NCBI GenBank assembly: GCA_043738115.1
Contig: JAYSZJ010000036.1
Coordinates: forward strand, 23,996-87,995
DNA from: Rhodoferax sp.
Lineage (GTDB): Bacteria > Pseudomonadota > Gammaproteobacteria > Burkholderiales > Burkholderiaceae_C
Direction of reading: 5' to 3'
DNA: 64,000 nucleotides
Of the stretch, positions 40,038 through 50,485 are shown one piece after another. Below the pieces are notes generated by a model. It worked only from the letters and a program-made list of their open reading frames with translations, was not told where the DNA came from and did not search any database. Position 1 is the first letter of the stretch; each line of letters starts with the position of its first letter. The position numbers were made by a program, and so were the translations under genes.

Positions 40038-41786
40038 TCAGCTACCTGAGTCGTAACTCAACAAATCGAAAGTCATGTTGGGCAGGAATTTCTCTCGCAC
40101 AGTGAACACGAAAGGTTTACCCTGCGCGAGCTTGGTCGGCATCATGGCTTCGGTGTATTTGTCGACATAGACAATCAGGATCTTGCCCGAATCGCTCTTG
40201 AACTCTACGGCTCGCCCGCCCGGAGGCGTACGGTCGACAAGTCCTTTCTTCATCTTGTCGCTTTCCTTGTATTCCTTCGGACCATCGAGCGAGGTCACAA
40301 CACCCTTGACGCGAACGATTTTTCTCCAGACCAGAGACTTGTTCAGATCGGTGCGACCCGTCGCGGACTTGTTCGCTTCCTTTTCTGCATCGGCGACTTT
40401 CAGCATTTCGTCAATGCTTTGGTAGCGCGTCACCCACTCCCAGTTTTTGCTATCACGCCGAATGTAGTCACTGGCATCGGCAACCCGACTGCTCCATCCT
40501 GCCGCAACACTGGGGCCGCGCTTTGCGTTTTCCATGAATCCGCGCAGTGGCGACTTGATCTGCTTGGCAATGCGCTCGTCGTCTATTTCTTGGTGCAATC
40601 CTGCGCCGAGTGCGACGCCGACGTCGTTCTGGTTCGGTGCAATGACAAGTACCGCACCGTTGCCAACCTCCAGTTTTCCAACGCGCAGCTGGCGCATCAT
40701 GTCGTAAGCGTACTGATCGGCTGTCTTGCCGTGTAAGTCTTTGACGATCAGCGTCACAATTTCGACGTTGTTCTTGTTGGCGTACTCGTACATGTCTTTT
40801 GACAAACGGGCTTTGACTGTCTGGTCAAGAATGCCCAATTCGTCGAAAACGAACCGATCAAATTTTGCTGGGATATCCGTGGCACTGGGCACCGGCAATA
40901 CATCCATCTTGCCGACTGGACTGATGTTGGGGCCGGCAGATGCGACGGTTTCCTTTTCAGCCTGCTGAGGAGGCTTGATAACCGATGGAGGCACCGCAGC
41001 CTTATCCGTGGGGATGGCTGCAGTCTTGGATGGAGCGCTGGCTAACAACGCCGCGCCGTTGCAGTCCTGCGACTGCTGGGCGCAAGCCTGGTTCCAACCC
41101 TGCTGGATCGCCGAAACCCGCATGCTGCGCCCTGGATGGGTTTTGCTCTGCGACTCCGGCACCAGTGTCTCAATCGCTTTCTGCGCATCGGCACGCGCGG
41201 CGCCCATTTTGTACAACACAAAACCGCTAAATTTATCGGCTTCCAGTTCGGTCGGTGGCTGGCTGCCCCCAGGCATGATGGTATGGCCGGAAAGGTGATG
41301 GCCGATCTCGTGCGCCATGATGCTGATGGGCGCCCAGTTGTTGTTTTGCGTCGCCTGGCGGACTTGCGACATGAAATCCTTGTTGTACGCAATAACGCGC
41401 CGGGGCAACTTGTCCGGCCCGACCAGGATAATGGCCGCGGCATTCGGCACCTTCGCTTCAACCACGTCAAAATTCTGTGGCAGGCCAGTGAATTTCATGA
41501 TGTCCGCCACTACGCGCGCACCGTCATTCCCCCCACCGGATGACAGATTCTTCGCCGCCACATCAAGCGGTGTACCGTCGTATGAACATGCCTGCAGCGT
41601 GTCGGCAATTTCTGCCGCTATCTGGCTCTTGGTTGGTGCTGCCACGGCCACAGCCTGCGCACTTGCCTTCGCCGTAGACGGATTTGATTTGGGCGCTGGC
41701 GCATCCTCGCCCCGCCCACATCCAGCGATCAATGTTGCGATTGCTGGTAGCAAGAGGGCACTGCTGATGCTATGTTTAAACTTCAT
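40038..41786 (-). CDS. Lipoprotein: M48-like zinc peptidase (HEIGH) fused to a TPM domain and an unknown C-terminal domain
   Basis: Lipobox IAGC; VPNAAA, HEIGHH, ELEAD, THP; VFDELGILD...EIVTLIV...GNGAVLVIA...GVALGAGL. Confidence 0.8.
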   Translation of the reverse strand: MKFKHSISSALLLPAIATLIAGCGRGEDAPAPKSNPSTAKASAQAVAVAAPTKSQIAAEIADTLQACSYDGTPLDVAAKNLSSGGGNDGARVVADIMKFTGLPQNFDVVEAKVPNAAAIILVGPDKLPRRVIAYNKDFMSQVRQATQNNNWAPISIMAHEIGHHLSGHTIMPGGSQPPTELEADKFSGFVLYKMGAARADAQKAIETLVPESQSKTHPGRSMRVSAIQQGWNQACAQQSQDCNGAALLASAPSKTAAIPTDKAAVPPSVIKPPQQAEKETVASAGPNISPVGKMDVLPVPSATDIPAKFDRFVFDELGILDQTVKARLSKDMYEYANKNNVEIVTLIVKDLHGKTADQYAYDMMRQLRVGKLEVGNGAVLVIAPNQNDVGVALGAGLHQEIDDERIAKQIKSPLRGFMENAKRGPSVAAGWSSRVADASDYIRRDSKNWEWVTRYQSIDEMLKVADAEKEANKSATGRTDLNKSLVWRKIVRVKGVVTSLDGPKEYKESDKMKKGLVDRTPPGGRAVEFKSDSGKILIVYVDKYTEAMMPTKLAQGKPFVFTVREKFLPNMTFDLLSYDSGS

Positions 41787-41847
41787 AAATTAGCCTTTGC
41801 AAAGAAGGAGACAGGAATTCAGACAAGTAACGCGCCAATGAAAGCGT

Positions 41848-42639
41848 TCATTTCATTTGGTAGTAAACGATTTCCATCACAAGCTTGCCATACACATGGG
41901 TGACAGCCCATTTGAACAAGCTGAACAACGCGCCTGCAATGACGAGCTTGTGCCATTCTTTTCGAACATCGATCAGGAAGAACTGCTTGAACGCTATCGT
42001 GATCAGCGCGAGATTGACCAGATACATGTAGAAGCGGGAATATTCCTTATGGAGTGCAAGCACTTCGGGGCTACCCATTATGAGAAGCGGAAGCTGGTTC
42101 GCAATATGAAAACAAATGCTCAAAAAATGGCAATAAATGGCGAGGACCAGGAACTCCGTCAGGTTATAGCCGAGTCGTCCGCGGAAGACTGCATACGCGC
42201 TGAAGAAGATAGCGATGATTCCGAGCGAGAACGACCATTTTGAATATTCGCGCACTAGGGCGAACGCTTTGGATGCCTCAACGCTGCTATGCACGGAGGT
42301 CAGGTACTGAGTCTGATTCAAGACGACAAGCAATACACCAATCGCGATTAAAAGCAACTTGAGCGGATGGACATGTTTCTTACGCTTACCGAGAACATAT
42401 TCGCGTGCGACGGTACCGGGACTCGTCAACAAACGATATGCCGAGCGCACTACCTCCATCTCAAACCAGCGCACCATTTCCCACGCCTCTTTACCAACCT
42501 GAACACGCGTGAGCCGTGCCACTTTCTTTTGACCGCAGGATGAGCAGAACGGTCCGCTCAGGGAGGCCCCGCAATTCAGGCAAATCTCGCCAGCGAAACC
42601 AACGTTCTCAACGGAGGACAAAGGCGTTTCGGAACTCAT
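41848..42639 (-). CDS. DUF3667-like membrane protein with an N-terminal Zn ribbon
   Basis: CLNCG...FCSSCGQK, PGTVAREYVLGKRKK..HPLK; lower GC than the flanks. Confidence 0.8.
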   Translation of the reverse strand: MSSETPLSSVENVGFAGEICLNCGASLSGPFCSSCGQKKVARLTRVQVGKEAWEMVRWFEMEVVRSAYRLLTSPGTVAREYVLGKRKKHVHPLKLLLIAIGVLLVVLNQTQYLTSVHSSVEASKAFALVREYSKWSFSLGIIAIFFSAYAVFRGRLGYNLTEFLVLAIYCHFLSICFHIANQLPLLIMGSPEVLALHKEYSRFYMYLVNLALITIAFKQFFLIDVRKEWHKLVIAGALFSLFKWAVTHVYGKLVMEIVYYQMK

Positions 42640-42916
42640 GCTTCGGATGCCGTGGCTATGCCTGGTGTCAGCATCGCCTTACATGCAGGGCTGGAAATAA
42701 CCAGACTTACCGGTCTATTCTGACAATGGCGATTCATTGAGTAAGTGCAAATTTTGATGCGTCGAATCATGCCATAAAGGTCACATTCACCAGTGGCGGC
42801 AATCGGGGGATTCTGCAGTATCGTTTGGCAATACCGCTAGTAGCCGTAGTGGAGCCCCGACGATCTTTTCCACGAAGCCGTGTAGCGGGGCTGTAAACCA
42901 ATTGCGGCGCACAGTC

Positions 42917-43143
42917 TCACTGGCGCGCTGTGGCACCTTGAAGAGCATCTCAGTGAACCGCTGTCAATTAAGGAACCCGCGCCCCCACTGGTCGTCAAAC
43001 TCAGCAGTCGGCTTGGAATCAATCACTTCGACAAGTGCCTTACCCGCCTTGACCTAATCACCGATGCGCTGGGATACCGTGACTAACATGTCGCGGTAGG
43101 CTTTGAGGTCGGCCTTGTTCGCCACCGGGCCATGACCAGGTAT
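42917..43143 (-). pseudogene. Diverged duplicate of the 3' end of the MBL hydrolase gene (45794-46021)
   Basis: IPGHGPVANKADLKAYRDML...; GAGGTCGGCCTTGTTCGCCACCGGGCCATGACCAGG is identical in both copies; premature TAG at 43054-43056. Confidence 0.92.
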
Positions 43144-43234
43144 CGCAATTTCAAGCTTGTGCATAAGCGCTCCTTTGTTGCAATCAGGGATCACAATTTA
43201 GATTCCCTACGCGGCATTGTTTATGTCGCAATGT

Positions 43235-43846
43235 TTAGTCTGTGGATGGTGCGTATAGCCGGACCTGTGGGCCATAACCAGCGTCAGGACAGAGAGTGAA
43301 GCAGTCATCCGTAAAGTTTTTCATTGATCGCGCATACAGCAAAAGAAAGTCGTATCTGTCGTTGGACAGTTCGTCGCAGATCTCGTCATCTGACATTCCT
43401 TTTGTTTCCAACCCCATTTGTTCAAGAATCTCATTGGTGTTCAATGTCAGGCTTGCCCCTAGATACGACTCATGATTAATCCGGCCGATCCATCCTCTAT
43501 GCTTTCCCTTTAGGATTTCAACATGCTCATCGCCAACATAGTCAGTACCGATGATGAAAAAATAGTCGCTTAATGGGTGCGATTGGTTATTTTTGATCAG
43601 GTCGTATTCTTCGTCGTCATGGTCAAGGCTGTAAAAATATCCAGCTTCGGCATCTCCGAATATTTCGCTAGCTTCAAGATATTTTTCGTTGCCAAGATCT
43701 TCCAAAAAGAGGGCCTCGAAAAAGCCGTTTTGCGTCAATAAAAAAGTCGCGTACGAATCCGAAAAGTTATACCGTTTCTGCAGCTCTCTAACTCTGCTGG
43801 AAATCGGTAAAGCAAATCCAAATGGATTGGGAAATTTTATTTTCAT
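43235..43846 (-). CDS. SMI1/KNR4 (SUKH)-like immunity-type protein
   Basis: RELQKRYNFSDSYATFLLTQNG N-terminal pattern, IIGTDYVGD; acidic; markedly AT-rich. Confidence 0.6.
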   Translation of the reverse strand: MKIKFPNPFGFALPISSRVRELQKRYNFSDSYATFLLTQNGFFEALFLEDLGNEKYLEASEIFGDAEAGYFYSLDHDDEEYDLIKNNQSHPLSDYFFIIGTDYVGDEHVEILKGKHRGWIGRINHESYLGASLTLNTNEILEQMGLETKGMSDDEICDELSNDRYDFLLLYARSMKNFTDDCFTLCPDAGYGPQVRLYAPSTD

Positions 43847-44035
43847 TTTTGATGTGGCAACTATTCACATGCAGTATTGCTAAGCACTTCGTCAATGAGG
43901 TTGGCGACAGTTTTAAACTCTAAAAATCTTGATTCCGAGCAGCGCGGGTCCACCCAGAACCAGGGGCAAGGCTTTTCTCGCCCCAAGCGAGATTTCCGTC
44001 TTTTTAGACAATCAAACGCTCCACGATGTCCAGGG

Positions 44036-45699
44036 TTACTTCAGCACCAATCGCAACGACACCAGGCGGTACTTTTCATAGGTAGCAAGAACAAAATAGG
44101 TCGCTTGAGGGGCCCCGGTCACCACTTCAACCCGCCACCGACGGCTCAGGCTGCCATCGCCCTTGTAGGTATCCCAGGTGTGTTCATTGAATTCGTCTTC
44201 TCCTAAACGCTTGTCTGTAGCGGCCAGCCCTTCATCGAAACGAAAACCAAGTGGCAGTGCATCCCCGAAGGCCGAGCACAGTAGGTAGTTGCCCGTGCTG
44301 TTGCCAACGTTGGCATAGCCTTCCCCAGTGAATTCAATGGTTTCTATGAGTTTGATTTTTTTGCGCTGGTGTGTGGCCTTATTGGCAGCATGGTCCTCGC
44401 CTAGACGTTCGTGAGCCCACGGGAGCGCCAGATGGATGAAGAAACCAAGCGTTGGTGCATCGATATACGTGTCCCATGTCGTCGATGGAATATTCAGCTT
44501 CAGCTCCTCGACAAATGCTGTTACTTCAGGTGCAGTGGTGAGTCTGCCCAGCAGACCGAGAAGGCGGGCGGTGAGGTGCGTAGGCATTGGCGCGGCCGAT
44601 GGTGCCATAGCGGAAATCGGCCCTGTTGAGTCCCGGTTCGCTTGGTCTGCATCTCGATAGCTTTGGGGTGCTGCCAGCTTGCCCATCTTCAGTTGCGCCT
44701 CGCGATAGACGGCTTTCACTTGTTGCAGTACATCCGGCTTAAGGTCGGTTTTGAGATACGTCATTTCGAAGTCTCGAAACCGGGCATCGAGAAACATTGC
44801 AAACCGCTCGTAGTTTTCCCAGGTATCGCCGGCTTCGAGACCGCGACCTTTGAAATGGGGTGTAAACACCGCCATGAAATCGTCGTCGATACCGCAGCGG
44901 TCTTCCCTTCCAAGAAGTGGGGTGGAGCTGTTGCGGTTGCATAAACAGTTGAGATACTTGCGGGCGAATGTTTCTGTTGCTTCGCTGACATCCCAACTCC
45001 AGACCTCGCCGCAATAGGCCGCGCGTACAGAAACTCACGGCCAGTCATCTTGCGTTCGCGCACAGCCTTGACGAGCTCAGCGTGTTCCTCCAGGTGCCGT
45101 GCGCCGATCCTGCCACGGTCAATGCACCACGCGATGAACATACCCATGGGCAGATCAGCTTGGTCATCGGGCCAGGACGGGTTCCAAGGACTGAACGCGT
45201 GTGAACGCGCAGGCGAACGCACAAACGCGTACCGGTCGTTGTCTCGCACGTTGATCGTCCATCGACGCTCCATCTTGCCGTCTTCGTCGAATGAAACCAG
45301 CAATGTTGCGAGGTCGCTCACCGGCAGTCGATACGACGTATCGCCAATGCTATTGCGGCTGACCGCTACACCGGGTACCGCCGCCCACTGTGGCTGCGTC
45401 ATGTGGTGGGAAATGTTGGCAAGTGCCTCGGGCAACCCGGAGAGTTCAACATCACTGGGTGAAAACCAGATAGATGTCACGTAGGAAATTTCCTTTCGAC
45501 CCTCCTTCTTTGGTGGATAGAACCCTGGCGCCAATACCTCCCAGTGCCACGCCAACTCCACGTCGTGCTTCTTCGCACTGACGTACCCCTCTTTCTTTGG
45601 AGCCAGCGGGACTTTTCCGCCGAACTGGGTCACCAACGCCTCCACCTCGGGCGAATCTTTGCGCTGACCGACTGCTGCGATGATCTTGGCTAGTTCCAT
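44036..45699 (-). pseudogene. Frameshifted multi-domain hypothetical gene (about 553 aa if repaired), immunity-protein-like
   Basis: ORFs 44761-45699 and 44036-44875 join if 2 nt are removed at the GCGCG run (about 45020-45025): ...MTGREFLY|AAYCGEVWSWDV...DTWENYERFAMFLDARF; the second frame is open from 45016. Confidence 0.7.
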
Positions 45700-45793
45700 G
45701 GGCAGGATCCTGTGTAAATAGTTCGTGGGGTAAAGGCCGTTGGGCGGGGCGCACCGATTTGGCTATGCGCTCGATCGGCACCAGCGTAGGGCC

Positions 45794-46687
45794 TCACGGG
45801 CGTGCTATGAAGCCCTTGAAAAGCATTTCTGTGAACCGCTGGGAATTGAGGAAACCACGCCCCCACTGTTCGTCAAACTCCGCGGTCGGTTTGGACTCGA
45901 CCACCTCGGCAAGTGACTTACCCGCCTTGACCTGGTCACGGATGCGCTTGGATACAGTGGCCAACATGTCACGGTAGGCCTTGAGGTCGGCCTTGTTCGC
46001 CACCGGGCCATGACCAGGGATGAATTTTGTGCCGTCCCCGGCCATACCCATCGCGCGGTCAGCCGCGGCAATCACGCCGTCGACACTGCCGCCGCTAGAC
46101 GAATCAATGAAGGGGTAGAGCTTGTTGAAGAAGATGTCACCCATGTGGATCACATCGGCCTTGCGGAAGTGGACGATGGAATCACCATCGGTGTGTGCGT
46201 TCGGAACGTGTTGGACAACAATCTCCTCGCCGTTCACATGAAACGTGGTGTCCTGTGCAAACGTGATCACCGGCAGGGCAGCACGTGGTTCAGCCTTGAC
46301 CTTCATTCCCAGAAATTCAATGAACTGCTCGGTGGACATGCGTTTGCGCACGTTTTCGTGACCCACGATGATTGCCCCCGACGCACCGAAGCTTTCGTTG
46401 CCCCCGGTATGGTCGAAGTGCCAGTGGGTGTTGAGCAGGAAGGTGACCGGCTTGGTGGTAAGTTTGGCGATCGCCGCCTTGATCTTGGGCGCGAGCGGCG
46501 CGAACTGGTCGTCAACCATGAACACCGCGTCCTCACCCACGCAAAGGCCGATGTTGCCACCGGCACCGGTCAAGAGGTAGACGTTGCCCGAGAGCTGTTG
46601 CGCGACGATTTCAACTTTGGAATAGTCCTGTTGCTGTGCGAAGACCGAGGACGCGGCCATCAACAATGCCAAAAATAGTTTTTTCAT
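45794..46687 (-). CDS. Secreted MBL-fold metallo-hydrolase (cyclase-like)
   Basis: Signal peptide MKKLFLA, NTHWHFDHTGGN, AHTDGD, HMGD, PGHG. Confidence 0.93.
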   Translation of the reverse strand: MKKLFLALLMAASSVFAQQQDYSKVEIVAQQLSGNVYLLTGAGGNIGLCVGEDAVFMVDDQFAPLAPKIKAAIAKLTTKPVTFLLNTHWHFDHTGGNESFGASGAIIVGHENVRKRMSTEQFIEFLGMKVKAEPRAALPVITFAQDTTFHVNGEEIVVQHVPNAHTDGDSIVHFRKADVIHMGDIFFNKLYPFIDSSSGGSVDGVIAAADRAMGMAGDGTKFIPGHGPVANKADLKAYRDMLATVSKRIRDQVKAGKSLAEVVESKPTAEFDEQWGRGFLNSQRFTEMLFKGFIARP

Positions 46688-46755
46688 GGTGCTGTGGGTG
46701 GTGAGAATGCTGGAGAGTGGCATTCTATGGAAAATTCCCGAACAGCCCAGTGTGC

Positions 46756-49014
46756 CTAGGCCGCCTTGAAAGGCAGCGTTCGCAAGCGCTGCCCACTCGC
46801 GGCAAACACTGCATTGGACAGAGCGGCGGCTACCGGGTGCGAGGCCGGCTCACCGATGCCAGTGGGCGCGGCGACGCTGTCCACCAGAATAGTCTCTATG
46901 GTCGGCATTTCGTCGATGCGCAACAGGGGGTAGTCGTGAAAGTTGCTCTGTTGCACACGCCCCTGCTCAACCGTGATGGCGCCTTTCAAGGCAGCGGTCA
47001 AGGCAAACACGATGCTGCCCTCGACCTGTGCTCTGACCAATTGCGGATTGATGACCCTACCGCAGTCGACCACCGACACAACCCGGTACACCTTCAGCAC
47101 GCCGTCCTTAACTTCCGCTTCGATCACCTGCGCCACATAGCTGTCGGTCACTGTGGCGGCCAGACCGCGCCCCACACCTGCCGGCAATATATTGCCCCAG
47201 CCGGCGGCCTGGCCCGCCAAACGCAACACGTGGGCCAGCCGGCCGGTGTCGATAAGCTCGTGGTCCCCCTCGTTTCGGAACTTCAGTTCCTGCGCGGGGG
47301 CCAATAGCCCCAGGCGATACTGCAGCGGGTCGACGCCGGCCGCGTGGGCGCATTCGTCTAACAGGCATTCGTTGACGAAGGTATGGTTGGGCGTGTAGCC
47401 GCGGCGCCACCAGAACACGCGGATTGCCTGCTCCACCAAACGGTGGCTGACGTGCCGGTTGTCGGTCGCATAGGGGAACTTCACTGCATCAATGGCGGCG
47501 GTGGCGTCGAGCCCGTCGGCAGCGATCAGCTGGGGCTCCTGCTGTTTGCGCACCGACAGCGCAGCGAAAGCATGGTCCAGTGCCAGAATGCGGCCGCGCG
47601 CATCCAACGCCACGCGCACGTGGTGGCGGCTGGGCGGCGCGTACAACCCATAACGAATGTCGTCTTCGCGGGTCCAGACCACTTGCACCGGGTGATTGAT
47701 TTCGCGCGACAGCATCACCGCCTCGATGGCGTAGTCGGCGTCCAGGCGCCGGCCAAAACTGCCGCCCAACAGGGGTGTATGGATGATGACGCGCTCGCCC
47801 GGCAGGCCGGTCAGCTCACGCAGTACGTTGTGCAACTGGGTCTGCGCATGACATGGTGCCCACACCTCGCAACGTTCTGGTGTCCAGTGGGCCACCGCGT
47901 TCATCGGCTCCATCGGCACGTGTGCCTGCAGCGGCACGTCGTAAACCAGGTCCAGCGTTTTGGCGGCGCGCTTGAAGGCGTCCATCATGCTGTCCGGTGT
48001 GCCCTGGCGCACGGCCGTAACTGCCGGGTGGATGACATCCGGCCCGGTAGTGACCACCCCGCCGGCCAGCGCGCGCTTGAAGTCTTGCGCCAGCGTGCTG
48101 CTTGACGCCAGTGCACCGTTGCGCGCCTTGGTATCCGACCACGACTCATTCCAGGCCACTTTCAATTGCTCACGTCCCTGCATCGCAGACCAAGTCGAAC
48201 GCGCCACGACGGCGACACCGTCGCGCACGTAGGCCAGTGTCGGAAAGGTGTTGCCGCGCAGCTTGACCACATGCGTCACACCCGCCACGGCACGGGTGGC
48301 GCGCTCGTCAACACGTGCGACCCGACCATTGATGACCGGACTGCGCTCGATCACCGCATACAACATGTCTGGCACCCGCACGTCCAGGCCGTAAACGGCT
48401 TCCGCGCGCACGATGGCCTGCAGGTTTTTGGCAGGCAGGGGCTTACCGATCAGGGTGAAGGACTGCGGTGATTTCAACGTAGGCGCTTCGGGTACTTTGA
48501 GCGCCGCAGCCCGGCTCACCAGCTCGCCATAGGGAATTCGCCGCCCGCTGGCCCCGTGCACCACCGCATGGCGCTCAGTGTGGCAGGCGGCCATTTCCAC
48601 ACCCAGCGCCTGCGCACCGGCCTGTTGCAGCATCTGCCGGGCTGCCGCTGCCGCTTTGCGCCCACCAACCCAAGCACCGGCCGTGCTGTAGGAACCACCG
48701 GTAACCATGAAACGCTTGCTGTCGGGGCGCACCGTTTTCACGCTGACCTGCGCCCAATCGGCATCCAACTCGTCGGCCACGATCATGGCAGTGCCGGTCT
48801 CGGTGCCCTGGCCCATTTCGGTCTTGGAGATCATCACAGTCACCGCACCAGTGGTGTCGATGCGCAGTAACGCATTCGGCTGAAATTGGGTGTCTGTGTT
48901 GTTCGCCTGTGCCACCGCGCGGTCCAAACGAAATCCAAGTGTCAACGACACGGCAGTCGTGACGGCCAGTCGCAAAACGGTGCGACGAGCGGGCGAGGCA
49001 GGTTGCATCTTCAT
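46756..49014 (-). CDS. Molybdopterin-binding subunit, isoquinoline 1-oxidoreductase/xanthine dehydrogenase family (Tat signal)
   Basis: RRTVL signal, [19 protein letters not shown]. Confidence 0.92.
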   Translation of the reverse strand: MKMQPASPARRTVLRLAVTTAVSLTLGFRLDRAVAQANNTDTQFQPNALLRIDTTGAVTVMISKTEMGQGTETGTAMIVADELDADWAQVSVKTVRPDSKRFMVTGGSYSTAGAWVGGRKAAAAARQMLQQAGAQALGVEMAACHTERHAVVHGASGRRIPYGELVSRAAALKVPEAPTLKSPQSFTLIGKPLPAKNLQAIVRAEAVYGLDVRVPDMLYAVIERSPVINGRVARVDERATRAVAGVTHVVKLRGNTFPTLAYVRDGVAVVARSTWSAMQGREQLKVAWNESWSDTKARNGALASSSTLAQDFKRALAGGVVTTGPDVIHPAVTAVRQGTPDSMMDAFKRAAKTLDLVYDVPLQAHVPMEPMNAVAHWTPERCEVWAPCHAQTQLHNVLRELTGLPGERVIIHTPLLGGSFGRRLDADYAIEAVMLSREINHPVQVVWTREDDIRYGLYAPPSRHHVRVALDARGRILALDHAFAALSVRKQQEPQLIAADGLDATAAIDAVKFPYATDNRHVSHRLVEQAIRVFWWRRGYTPNHTFVNECLLDECAHAAGVDPLQYRLGLLAPAQELKFRNEGDHELIDTGRLAHVLRLAGQAAGWGNILPAGVGRGLAATVTDSYVAQVIEAEVKDGVLKVYRVVSVVDCGRVINPQLVRAQVEGSIVFALTAALKGAITVEQGRVQQSNFHDYPLLRIDEMPTIETILVDSVAAPTGIGEPASHPVAAALSNAVFAASGQRLRTLPFKAA

Positions 49015-49511
49015 GTCCGCTCCTTGTCACTCGGACCGGCTTGTGCCAGCACCGCAGCCCGATGAACAGCTTTGCGAATACGCACATAAGTGCCGCAACG
49101 GCAGAGGTTGCCACGCATGGCCTCATCAATCTGCGCTTCGGTGGGATGTGCATGGGTTGCGATCAATGCCGCGGCAGCCATCATTTGGCCAGCCTGGCAG
49201 TAGCCACACTGCGGCACGTTTCCTTCGATCCAGGCTTGTTGCACGGCATGCAGCCCGTTCTGGGGGTCGACCAAGCCCTCGATCGTGCGGACTTGCTTGC
49301 CCGCGAGGGCGGCAACCGTCACCGAGCAGGACTTGAGGGCCTGGCCATCAACATGCACGGTGCAGGCACCACACAGTGCAGCGCCGCAGCCGAATTTGGT
49401 TCCGGTGAGACCCAACTCATCACGCAGGTACCACAGCAACGGCTGCTGTGCATCGCGCGGAAATGGCCTTGGCACACCATTGATGACAAGGGGTTGTTGG
49501 GGTATGGACAT
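49011..49511 (-). CDS. 2Fe-2S small subunit of the Mo-hydroxylase
   Basis: [32 protein letters not shown]. Confidence 0.95.
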   Translation of the reverse strand: MSIPQQPLVINGVPRPFPRDAQQPLLWYLRDELGLTGTKFGCGAALCGACTVHVDGQALKSCSVTVAALAGKQVRTIEGLVDPQNGLHAVQQAWIEGNVPQCGYCQAGQMMAAAALIATHAHPTEAQIDEAMRGNLCRCGTYVRIRKAVHRAAVLAQAGPSDKERT

Positions 49512-49656
49512 GGGAAGGCTCCGATTGCACTAGATCGTCGAAATTGTTGCAAAAGAGAGGCCCATGGGGCGGGGTTTTGTGACGAAACACCGGAATCGGG
49601 GTGTGGCCGGCGGCACACCCTGCAGGTGGCTTTATGCGCCACTGTGCAAGCACCAC

Positions 49657-50406
49657 TCACTTGGCTTTTGTTTGGTGGCGATGGATGATGGCCGCGTAGT
49701 CTTTGGTTTTTCGGAAATCAACATAACTTGCCTGAAACTTGGCAGCCAAATCAGCCGAGTTATTTGCCTTTTTGGAAAAGGCCAGATAGGCTTTCGACAC
49801 CCAGACGGTTGGATCCAACAGCACCAGGTCGTCACGGGATTTCAGTCCAAAGAAATCGTCAACATTGATCACGGCAACGTCGTAGCGTTTGTTTTTCATC
49901 ATGGCTGCCATGGTGGCTAAGTCTTTGACCTCGTACTTTTGAGCCTTGGCAACATCCGGGCCATAGTTGTAACCAATGAGAGTAAAAAGCGTCTTGCCCG
50001 TCAAAAACGCTTGCACATTGCCATCGAAGAATATTTTGTCGGCGTTGTCTTTGTGAATCATGAACCGCATTTCTACTTGGCTCAAGACATTGTTCGGCAG
50101 AAAACGACCCCACTGTTCCCTTGCCGGGCTGCGCGAGATGTAGCTGATGGCGTCGCACTCGCCAAACTCCACGCAACGTTGTGCGCGCGGCCAAGGGAGC
50201 TCGCTCCACAGAACTCTGTGACCGATTCTGGCCGCAACGGCTTCAACCACCTCAACATGTATACCCACTAACTTGCCGTCGACGTGCATCTCGTAGGGAG
50301 GATAGTCTTCGCTGCCGCGCGCCACGCGGATTTCGTTGGGATGGATTTGGCCGCACGCCGCCACAGCCCACCAAAACAAGAGTAGAAAGGAGAAATGCCT
50401 TTTCAT
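49657..50406 (-). CDS. Orphan periplasmic substrate-binding protein (family 3-like)
   Basis: DYPPYEM...GIHVEVV, LPWPRAQ. Confidence 0.8.
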   Translation of the reverse strand: MKRHFSFLLLFWWAVAACGQIHPNEIRVARGSEDYPPYEMHVDGKLVGIHVEVVEAVAARIGHRVLWSELPWPRAQRCVEFGECDAISYISRSPAREQWGRFLPNNVLSQVEMRFMIHKDNADKIFFDGNVQAFLTGKTLFTLIGYNYGPDVAKAQKYEVKDLATMAAMMKNKRYDVAVINVDDFFGLKSRDDLVLLDPTVWVSKAYLAFSKKANNSADLAAKFQASYVDFRKTKDYAAIIHRHQTKAK

Positions 50407-50485
50407 GTCAGTTCCCAACAATTGGGCATCAGGTTAACCGCGGCGCGGCGATGTTTCAATTGGTATTGAAACTGGCACCTTCCGC

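Noticed and set aside
42788-42830. Possible fifth aceE scar (AGTGGCGGCAATCGGGGG; PIAAT on the minus strand)
   Set aside because: Only about 11 matching nt and no colinear flanks; could be chance in GC-rich DNA.
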